In this document: piece after piece, positions 53,290-64,000 of the stretch
How the letters are laid out: each line of letters begins with the position of its first letter
Position numbering within the stretch: position 1 is the first letter of the stretch
Assembly: GCF_009914755.1 (NCBI RefSeq)
Contig: NC_060929.1
Origin: the human T2T-CHM13v2.0 reference genome, Homo sapiens
DNA length: 64,000 nucleotides
Reading direction: 5' to 3' (one strand)
Notes under the pieces: model-generated
The model's input: the letters and a program-made list of their open reading frames with translations, nothing else
Told to the model about the DNA's origin: nothing
Databases searched by the model: none
Translations under genes and position numbers: made by a program

Positions 53290-55524
53290 GATTTGGTAAG
53301 GAACAGACTGGAGGACTCTTGCAGATATTCAGGCAGTTAGAGCAGCTGGTGAAGAAAACTTGCCTTATCTTAGTATCTGCCATATTATTACTAAACTAAT
53401 ATACTTTTCTTTGTATTAACTCACCAGCATTGCCACCTTCTTTAGCCTTGTCCTGAGAAATAATATTGGTTTCGATATCAGTGTTTTCAAATACACATTA
53501 CAAAAAATGTATCATTACTGACATTTTAAAAGATGTCTATGTATGAATACAATCTTTGCAGAACCACCAGCAGTGAAAGCCCCATCCTTAGGAAATCATC
53601 CCTTTACTCTGTGAGCTTCTAGAGGGCAGAGATGATGTTCTCTACCTTGGCAGTTCCTTGTGATGTCCATTCTTCCTAGGATTGAGAAAATGTAAAGAAA
53701 AACCTGTTTTCCACATCAAGATGCACCGCTTGTCCACCTTCTAAGCGTGGCATAGCTCATCAGAGATTGAGAATCAGGAACAATTTGATCTCTAGATTAT
53801 GCACAGACCTGGTTGCCACTGTAAAATGCAAATATGCTGCAAATTAAAAATTAATGCAATCTCCCTCAAGGATAAAATGACAATTAGTGCTCTACCCTTT
53901 ATTTATTTTCTTTAAAAGCTCAGCCTTTAAGGAAGGGCATTCAAATTAACAGTGTATATAAGATTCCAAAGTGTATAAATTCAAGACATTTAAAGGAAGT
54001 TTTCTTGAAATGAAAGATGAGCAAATGTATTCTTTTTTGCAGATTTAAGTTCTGTTGTTGCTACAAAAGAATGTGTTCAGATGAATTTCAAATATGTCTT
54101 TATCAGTGATTATTCCTCCCCCAACATTTCTTAATAAGAGTCTCTAACCAAGCTGCCTATAAATGCAATAGTAAATTCATATCCCAGGGTTCCAGGAACA
54201 TAATGCAATCATAGTTTGCAAACGCAAATTTAAAAAGACACTAGACTCAGTAAATAAAGATTTATGAGATACTTGGAAACCATGTATTGCACAAAAGAGG
54301 TGAAATGAAATCCTCTATAGCATTTTAAGCATCTAGCTCATAATGAGATATGTAAATGTTGCAAATCAGAGAATGTATAATGTTTTCATAGCAATAGGAA
54401 AGCTCAGTCCTGTTTATTATACATGTGGTTCAATTTGTTGTTTGAGTGCTGCACTCATGCCTGTCTCCATTTTGCAGGACATCAAATGGAAGCATAAATT
54501 GATGTTTTGTTTTGTTTTTTTCTGGTTCAATGTTTTCATCATCTCAACTGAGGAAAAATCCACAGGGAAAATGTGTACACTCTAGGCAGAGCAGAAGTCT
54601 GGTATTTTCATCAAAGTGCTAGATTCCTTCTGTTTGTATAGCCAAAAGAAAAAGAAAGTATCTCTGTGTACTATGTACTATAGACTCATTGGAGTGCAAA
54701 ACCCAGAAGATCATGCTTTGTCTTCTTTGAAAGGATTTTGTTATGCTTTGCAATATGTATGTGTGGGTGAGCATGGTTTCAGAAAGCAAAATATCCCACC
54801 AGGGCCGATCTAGACCAATTGCTTAGAGAACAATGTAAATGCATGTAACATTCAACTTTTTACATTATTCTCCTTAGAATCATCATTACTACCTCAAGGA
54901 CATTGGTGATTTCTTTGAAATACGCTTACCCTGAATCCTTCAGTGTATGTATGCCGAAACAAAAAAAAATTCTCATGTCTAGGGTTTCATTTGCCATTTC
55001 TCTCATGTCTTTCAGGAAAAGTCCTAACAAGTAGATTCTATCAGACCTTCAAAAATAGCTAACTCAACGTGGATAGACAATTCAGAGAAATTAAAGTTAA
55101 AACTAAAATTGTTATTTGTGTAATTATTTGTGTAGCAGAATAACTTGACTGAGAAATTACCCCAGGCTGTCTTTTCTCAGCAGTGGGCCCAAGAAGAAAG
55201 TCTGATTGGTGTTAAGCCCTCCCCTCACAAGGTGGTGAGAGGTTTCCTTTTCCCCAGGGCAGAACACAGAGACTTTAGATTTAGTCCACCATGTGTTAAA
55301 TTCTACATCTCAAAACATGTAGAACTAGATCATCTGAAAAGGGAGCAACTGAAGGAGCAGGTGACAAAGAATAGAGGTGTGGTCAGTCCCAGGCGGGTCG
55401 GGGACAGATGCCTCATCCCACACAGCCTTTCCCAGATGGCACCATCTCCATTGGGGAGCCTACATGGCATTATGTCATGGGCATGATGCACTCTGGCCTT
55501 GTGGACCTCAATCAAGACATTATT

Positions 55525-55780
55525 GATGGGAGGAATAAGTTCAAGCGATGTATTGTACATCGTGGTGACTACAGTTAATAACAGTACATTGAATATTTGA
55601 AAATTGCTAACAGAGTAGATTTTAAGTATTCTCAGCACAAAAAGTGAAAGTATGCAAGGCAATGCATAAGTTAAATTGCTTGACTTAGGCATTCCACAAT
55701 GTTTATATATATCAAAGCATCATGTTGTTCACCACAGACATTTACAATTTTTACCTGTCAATTTAAATAAATATATAAAA
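55525..55780 (+). mobile_element. L1MA (MA8/9-like) 3' end
   Basis: GGAATAAGTTCAAG...GGTGACTACAGTTAATAACA...GAAAATTGCTAACAGAGTAGATTTTAAGT. Confidence 0.85.
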
Positions 55781-56489
55781 CACTATTGGCCAAGCATATG
55801 AGAAAGAGATCTAGGCTAACTTGATCAGACTGTGACGGTCAGGGACCTTTTGGTGACTGTTAGGATTCTTCTAATGTTAGAAACTGTCAACAGGATCCTC
55901 TGTGAACTGGAGAAGGAAGGACTACCAGCTCAAATTATCAAGCTTGAGCTTTTAATATTTTATTCCTACCAGGGCTACAGCTCTTGCTACATCACTCCTA
56001 ACCAAGAGATATCTTAAATACCACTAATATCACCTACCCAAAAATTATTTCTAACATCTCTTTTATTACTTAACCAACTTCAAGGTGTTGGTTCAGATTA
56101 ACTTGTTTGTACTTACATCACACTCCTCGAACTGAAGTATTTCCAAGTGAATTACCATAAATCAATATAGCATGTGGCTCCAAGAGAGTGGGTGCCTGGA
56201 GCAGCAGAGTCTCTGACCTCCCAGTGGACACTGGAGGCTTGGACTGAGATCATTGCACAGCCAGTTGATGGCCTAAAGACCAGAGGCCTTTTCTCAAGTT
56301 TCCTGTATTTCTTAATTCCTTGGAGTTCATAAACTCCTGGATTTTGCAAACCCCAGGGAAGGGAAACAGGCTACCCAGAAACATATTTGTATCCCTTAGA
56401 CTAAATAATTATCTGTGCAAGCTAAACTTAATTTGATTTTTTTAAAAAATGATGTGTCATTTCTTGTGCCAATATGTTATGACACAGAT

Positions 56490-56625
56490 CTGCACATGTT
56501 ATATTTGTTTAGTATCTGTCTCCCTCACTAGATTGTCAGCTTTTTAAAGACTAGGACCATATTTGTTTTGTTCACCACTGCATTCCACACCATATTGTAA
56601 ATGGTCAATAAATATTTATTTGTGG
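56490..56625 (+). mobile_element. L2 3' end
   Basis: TCTGTCTCCCTCACTAGATTGTCAGCT...TTGTTCACCACTGCATTCC...TCAATAAATATTTATT. Confidence 0.8.
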
Positions 56626-57460
56626 AAAGAAGGGAATGAGGGAGAAAGTAGGCAAGCAGAAATCAGGGGAAGGAGAGAGAGTGAAAGGAAGAAAGGGAGA
56701 GGATTAAAACAGCAGTCCCCAAACCAAGCCTTCCCTTCTAATGTCACTATCGACTCTGAGGATTCAAACCCCAGGGTTCTACATAGGCTTTCTCCAAGAT
56801 ATCAGTCTCAGTGATATCTCCAAGGTGAGACAAGACTCTACTTGAGTAGAGTAGCTACACAAGAGTCCTATAAAACACTCAAGCTAAAATAAAATCTGTG
56901 TTTAAAAGTACTTAGGGCAAATTGTGTTCTAAACCATAAATCAAAAGCTGACAGCTGCAGGTGCCAGTTTCATGAAAGAATCTGTGCTCTTCAGCAAATG
57001 TCCAGGCTAGAAGAGGGCTCCAAGATCTCATGGGGGTGATGCAGTTCCTCATAAATGAAAAAACTGAGGTGCAGGCAAGTTAGTAAGTTTCAGCTGGTAC
57101 AGCCAGGATGACAAGTGACAACTTTTGTTAAGTATAGTCATCCTACTCTACTATCAAGCATTGAATTTATTCCTTTTATTTTACTATATGTTTATACCCT
57201 ACAACCCAGTTCTCTTCACCCTTCCCTCTCCCCAGCACCCACCCTTCCTAGTCTGATATCTATCTTTCCACTCTCTACCTGCATGTGATCACATTTTTTA
57301 GCTCCCACATGTAACCAGGAACGTGTGAGATTTATCTTTTTGTGCCTGGCTTATCTCACTTAACATAATAACCTCAAGTTCCATCCATGTTGCTGCAAAA
57401 ATTACAGGATTTCATTCTTTTTTGTGGCTGGAAAGTATTCTATTGTGTATTTATACTACT

Positions 57461-59582
57461 TTTTTTTTTTCACTTTAAGTTCTGGGATACAAGTGCAGAA
57501 CGTGCAGGTTTGTTACATAGGTATATGTGTGCCATGGTGGTTTGCTGAACCTATCAACCCATCATCTAGGTTTTAAGCCCTGCATGCATTAGCTATTTGG
57601 CCTAATGCTCTTCCTTCCCCCACCCAACCCCGCAACTGGCCCCAGTGTGCTGTTCTCCTTCCTGTGTCCATGTTTTCTCATTGTTCAACTCCCACATATG
57701 AGTGAGAACATGTGGTGTTTGGTTTTCTGTTCCCGTGTTGGTTTGCTGAGGATGATGGCTTCCAGCTTCATTCATGTCCCTGCAAAGGACATGATCTCAT
57801 TCCTTTTTATGGCTGCATAGTATTCCATGGTATATATGTACCACATTTTCTTTACCCAGTCCATCATCGATGGGCGTATGGGTTGGTTCCATGTTTTTGC
57901 TATTGTAAATAGTGCTGCATTAAACATATGTGTGCATGTGTCTTTATAGTAGAATGATTTATATTTCTTTGGGTATGTACCTAGTAATGGGATTGCTGGG
58001 TCAAATGGTATTTCTGGTTCTAGATCCTTGAGGAATCGCCACATTGTCTTCCACAAAGGTTGAACCAATTTACATTCCAATCAACAGTGTAAAAGTGTTC
58101 CCATTTTCCCACAGCCTCTCCAGCATCTATTGTTTCTTGACTTTGTATTAATCACCATTCTGACTGGTATGAGATGGTATCTCATTGTGGTTTTGATTTG
58201 CATTTCTCTAATGATCAGTGATGTTTAGCTTTTTTTCATATATCTGTTGGCTGCATAAATGTCTTCTTTTGAGAAGTGTCTGTTCATATCCTTTGCCCAC
58301 TTTTTGATAGTGTTGCTTTTTTCTTGTAAACATGTTTAAGTTCCTCGTAGATTCTGGATAGTAGACCTTTGTCAGATGGGTAGATTGCAAAAATTTTCTC
58401 CCATTCTGTAGGTTGCCTGTTCACTCTGATAATAGTTTCTTTTGCTGTGCAGAAGCTCTTGAGTTTAATTAGATATCATTTGTCAATTTTGGCTTTTGTT
58501 GCAATTGTTTTTGGCGTTTTCGTTATGAAGTCTTTGCCCATGCTTATGTCCTGAATGGTATTACCCGGTTTTCTTCTAGGGTTTTTGTGGTTTTGTGTTT
58601 TACGTCTAAGTCTTTAATCCATCTTGAGTTATTTTTTGTATAAGATGTGAGAAAGGGGTCCAGTTTCGGTTTTCTGCATATGGCTAGCCAGTTTTCCAAG
58701 CACCATTTATTAATAGGGAATCCTTTCCTCATTGATCGTTTTTCTCAGGTTTGTCGAAGATCAGATGGTTGTAAATCTGTGGTGTTATTTCTGAGGTCTC
58801 TGTTCTGTTCCATTGGTCTTATGTGTGTTTTGGTACCAGTACCATGCTTTTTTGGTTACTGTAGCCTTGTAGTATAGTTTGAAGTCAGGTAGCATAATCC
58901 CTCCAGCTTTGTTCTTTTTCTTAGGTTTGTCTTGGCTACATGGGCTCTTTTTTGGTTCCATATGAAATTTAAAGTAGTTTTTTTTAATTCTGTGAAGAAT
59001 ATCAATGGTAGTTTGATGGGAATAGCATTGAATCTATAAATTACTTTGGGCAGTATGGGCATTTTCATGATATTGATTCTTCCTATCCATGAAGGTGGAA
59101 TTTTTTTTCCATTTGTTTGTGTCTTCTCTTATTTCCTTGAGCAGTGGTTTGTAATTCTCTTTGAAGAGGTCCTTCACATCCCTTGTTAGCTGTATTTCTA
59201 GGTATATTATTCTCTTTGTAGCAATTGTGAATGGGAGTTTATTCATGATTTGGCTCTCTGCTTGTCTATTGTTGATGTATAGGAATGCTTGTGATTTTTG
59301 CACATTGATTTTGTATCCTGAGACTTTGCTGAAGTTGCTTATCAGCTTAAGGAGTTTTTGGACTGAGATGATGGAGTTTTCTAAATACAGAATCATGTCG
59401 TTTGCAAACAGAGACAATTCGACTTCCTCTCTTCCTATTGGAATATGCTTTATTTCTTTCTCTTGCCTGATTGCCCTCGCCAGAACTTCCAGTACTATAT
59501 TGAATAGGAGTGGTGAGAGAGAGCATCCTTGTCTTGTGCCAGTTTTCAAAGGGGATGCTTCCAGCTTTTGCCCATTCAGTAT
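57461..59582 (-). mobile_element. 5'-truncated L1PA8A/PA10-like (~2.1 kb) nested in the L1MA
   Basis: TCTAGGTTTTAAGCCCTGCATGCATTAG 3'UTR; ORF2 RT remnant [17 protein letters not shown]; diverged TSD TATACTACTTTT/TATGCCACTTTT. Confidence 0.9.
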
Positions 59583-59725
59583 ATGCCACTTTTTCTTTAT
59601 CTATTGATTCATTGATAAACATTTAGGTTGATCACACATCTTTGCTATTGTGATTAGTGCTGCAATAAACACGTGAGTGCAGGTAGGTCTTCCTTTGATA
59701 TATTGATTTCTTTTCCTTTGGGTAG

Positions 59726-60194
<469 letters not shown>

Positions 60195-60234
60195 TATTTT
60201 TTGTATTTTTTGTAATAGCCATTCTGACTGGTAG

Positions 60235-60569
<335 letters not shown>

Positions 60570-62707
60570 TGCATTTCTTTAATTAGAGATGTTGAGCATT
60601 TTTTCATAGAACTGTTGGCCATTTGAACATCTCCTTTTGAGAAATGTCTATTCATGTCCTTTGCCCACTTCTTAATGGGATTTTTTTCCCTGTTGAGTTG
60701 TTTGAGTTCCTTGCATATTCTGGATATTAGCACCCAGTCAGATGAATAGTTTACAATATTTTATCCCATTCAACAGGTTGTCTGTTCACTCTGTTGATTG
60801 TTTCCTTTGCCATTTGTCTATTTTTGTTTTTGTTGACTGTGTTTTTGAGGTCTTAGTTATAAATTCTTGTCTAAACCAATGTCCAGGAGAGTTTTCCCTA
60901 TGTTTTGTTCTATCATTTTTATAGTTTGAGGTCTTACATTTAAGTCTTTAATCCACTTTGAGTGGATTTTTCGATACAGTGAGAGACAGGGATCTGGTTT
61001 CAGTCTTCTCTACATGGCTATCCAGTTTTCCCAGCACTATTTGTTGAAGAGGGTATCCTTTCACCAATTTACCCTCTTGTTGGCTTTGTCAAAGGTCAGT
61101 TGGCTGTAAATATATGGGTTTATTCCTGGGTTCTCTATTCTGTTCTATGAACCTATGTGTCTATTTTTATCTCAATACCATGCTGTTTTGGTTAGTATAG
61201 ACTTGCAATATATTTTGAAATCAGATAATGTGATGCCTCCAGCTTTGTTCTTTTTCCTCAGGATTGCTTTTGTTATTGGAGTTCCTTTTGGCTTCCATAT
61301 GGATTTTTGGATTGTTTTTTCTAATTATGTGAAAAATGGTGTTGACCTTTTTATAGGGATTGCACTGAATATGTGTATTGCTATAGGCAATATAGTCATT
61401 TTAACAATATTAATTCTTCCAATCCATCATCATGGAATGTTTTCTATTTGTTTGTGTCATCTTCTATTTCTTTAATCAATGTTTTGTAGTTTTCCTTGCA
61501 GAGATTTTTCATCTCCTTGGTTAAATTTATTCCTAGGTATTTGTTAGTAGCTGCTATAAATGAGATTGGTGTCCTGATTTTCTTTCCAAACTATATCATT
61601 ATTGGTATACAGAAATGCTACCAATTTTTGTACATTGATTTTGTATCCTGCAACTTTACTGAATTTATTTATCAAATCTAAGAGTTTATTGATGGAGTCT
61701 TTGGGTCTTTCTAGATATAAGATCATATCATCAGCAAAGAGGGACAATTGGACTGCCTCTTTTCCAAATTGGATGCCTTTTATTTATTTCTCTTGCCTGG
61801 TTGTTCTGGCTAGGAGTGGTGAAAGTGCACATCCCAGTCTTGTTCCAGTCCTTAGAAAAAAAGGCTTTTAAGTTTTTCCCATTCAATATGTTGTTAGCTG
61901 TGGGTCTGTCATACATGCCTTTATTATTTTTAGGTATGTTCCTTCTCTGCCTCGTTTGGTGAGAGTTTTTATGAAGAAAGGATGTTGAATTTTATCAAAT
62001 GTTTTTTCTGCATCTGTTGAGATAACCATAGGGTTTTTGTCCTTCATTCTTTTGATGTGATATGCATGTTTTTTTATTTGTAGGCATTAAACATCCTTGC
62101 ATTCTGATATAAATCCTACTTGTTTGTGATTTATTATCCTTTTATTGTGCTATTGGATTTGGTTTACTAGTATTTTTATTGGGAATTTTTGTGTCTATGT
62201 TCATCAGGGAAATAAGCTTGTTGTTTTGTTTTGTTTGTTTTTGGTTGTGCCCTTGTCTGGTTTTGATATTAGGGTGATGTTTGCCTTGTAGAATGAGTTA
62301 GGGAAAATTCCCCCCTTTTATTTTTTGGAATAGTTTCAGGAAGATTAGTATTATTTCTTCTTTGTGTGTTTGGTAGACTTTGGCTGTGAATCCATCTGGT
62401 CCTGGGCTTTTCTTTTTTGGGAAACTTTTTATTACTAATTGAATCTCGTACTTACTATCTGTCTGTTCAGGTCATCTATTTCTTCCTCATTCCATCTTGG
62501 GAAGTTTCATGTTTCCAGAAATTTATCCACTTATTCCAGATTTTCCAGTTTGTCAGCATATTGTTGTTCATAATAGTCTCTGATAACTTTGGTATTTCTG
62601 TTGTATCAGTTATAATGTCTTCTTTTTCATTTTTAATTTTGTTTATTTGGTTCTTTTTTCTTTTCTTGGTCAGTTTAGCTGGAAGTTTATCAGTTTTGTT
62701 TATCTTC

Positions 62708-62990
62708 TTTTTTTTTTTGAGACAGAGTCTTGCTCTGTCACTCAGGCTAGAGGGCAGTGGCACCATCTCGGCTCACTGCAAGCTCCGCCTCCTGGGTTCA
62801 TACCATTCTCCTGCCTCAGCCTCCCAAGTAGCTGGCACTACAGGCACCCGCCACCACGCCCAGCTAATTTTTTGTATTTTTAGTTGAGACAGGGTTCACT
62901 GTATTAGCCAGGTTGGTCTCAATCTCCTGACCTCGTGATCCGCCCACCTCAGCCTCCCAAAGTGCTGGGATTACAGACATGAGCCACTGT
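62708..62990 (-). mobile_element. AluY, slightly 5'-truncated
   Basis: GCAAGCTCCGCCTCCTGGGTTCATACCATTC; TSD TGTTTATCTT at 62697-62706 and 62990-62999. Confidence 0.9.
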
Positions 62991-64000
62991 GTTTATCTTT
63001 TCAAATAACCAACTTTTCATGTCATTGATGCTTTGTAGTGTTTTGTTAGTCTATTTCATTTAGCTCTGCTCTGATCTTTATTATCCCTTTTCTTCTGCTA
63101 ATTTGGGGTTTGATTTGTTCTTATTTTCCTAATTCCTTGAGGTACATTGTTAGATCGTTCATTTGTAATCTTTCCACTCTTTTAATGTAGGCATTTGTTG
63201 CTATAAACTTCCCTCTTAGCATTGCTTTTTTTATATCCCACAGGTTCTGGTAAATTGTATTTCCATTTTCATTTGTTTCAAGAAATGCTTTTATTTCCAT
63301 CTTGATTGCTGCATTGATCCAATGGTCATTAGGGACATGTTGTTTAATTTCCATGTAATTATATAGTTTCCAAAGTTCCTCCTGGTATTGATTTCTATTT
63401 TTACTCCATCGTGGTCTAAAAGGATACATGATATGACTTCAAGTTTTAAAAATATTTTTAGATTTATTTTGCATCTTTACATATAGTCTAGCCTGGAGAA
63501 TGTTCTATGTGTTGATTAAAAGAATGTATATTCTGCAGTTGTTGGATAGAATGTTCTGTAAATGTTAGGTTCATTTGGTCTAAAGTACAGTTCAAATCCA
63601 ATGTTTTTTAATCTAGATTTTCTGTCTAGATGATCTGCCTAATGCTGAGAGTGGGGTGGTGAAGTCCCCCACTATTATTGTATTACAGTCTGTCTCTCTC
63701 TTTAGATCTAGTAATATTTGCTTTATGAATCTGGGTGCTCTAGTGTTGAGCACATATATATTTAGAATTGTGAAATCCTCTTGGTGGATTGATGCCTTTA
63801 TTATTATGTAATGACTTTCTTTGCCTTTCTTTTTTTACTGTTGTTGATTTAAAGTGTGTTTTATCTGATATACATATAGCTACTCCTGCTTACTTTTGGT
63901 TTTTATTGCATGGTATATATTTTTCCGTCCCTTAACTTTCAGTCTTTATGTATTTACTGGTAAGATGACTTTCTTGTAAGCAGCATGCAGTTGGAAACAC

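Noticed and set aside
56706-56725. CAGCAGTCCCCAA identical to the MER1B left terminus
   Set aside because: Only 13 bp, with no partner TIR or TSD; probably chance or a tiny hAT relic.
59034-59549. 171 aa RT-like ORF
   Set aside because: L1PA ORF2 fragment with the catalytic motif decayed (FAND instead of FADD).

Overview
This is human (primate) non-coding genomic DNA, intergenic or deep intronic. The human assignment rests on two human-lineage Alu subfamilies, AluYa8 and AluYb8, recognised by their diagnostic bases. I find no supportable protein-coding exon, RNA gene or CpG island. The long ORFs are decayed L1 ORF2 pieces, Alu read-throughs or simple repeats. The window is dominated by interspersed repeats: Alus, L1PA and L1M elements, a long L3/CR1 relic, MIR/L2, MaLR/ERVL/ERV1 solo LTRs and hAT MITEs. 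Subfamily names come from remembered consensus sequences and need RepeatMasker/Dfam confirmation. I do not see a new multi-gene system. The most unusual structures are: (1) a ~150-175 bp local inverted duplication (29.7 kb copied to 33.2 kb) that splits a MER33; (2) a template-switch hairpin inside an L1; (3) an orphan L1 5' promoter stub; (4) a rare AluYa8 and an AluYb8; (5) two exon-like units tied to CA and TG microsatellites.
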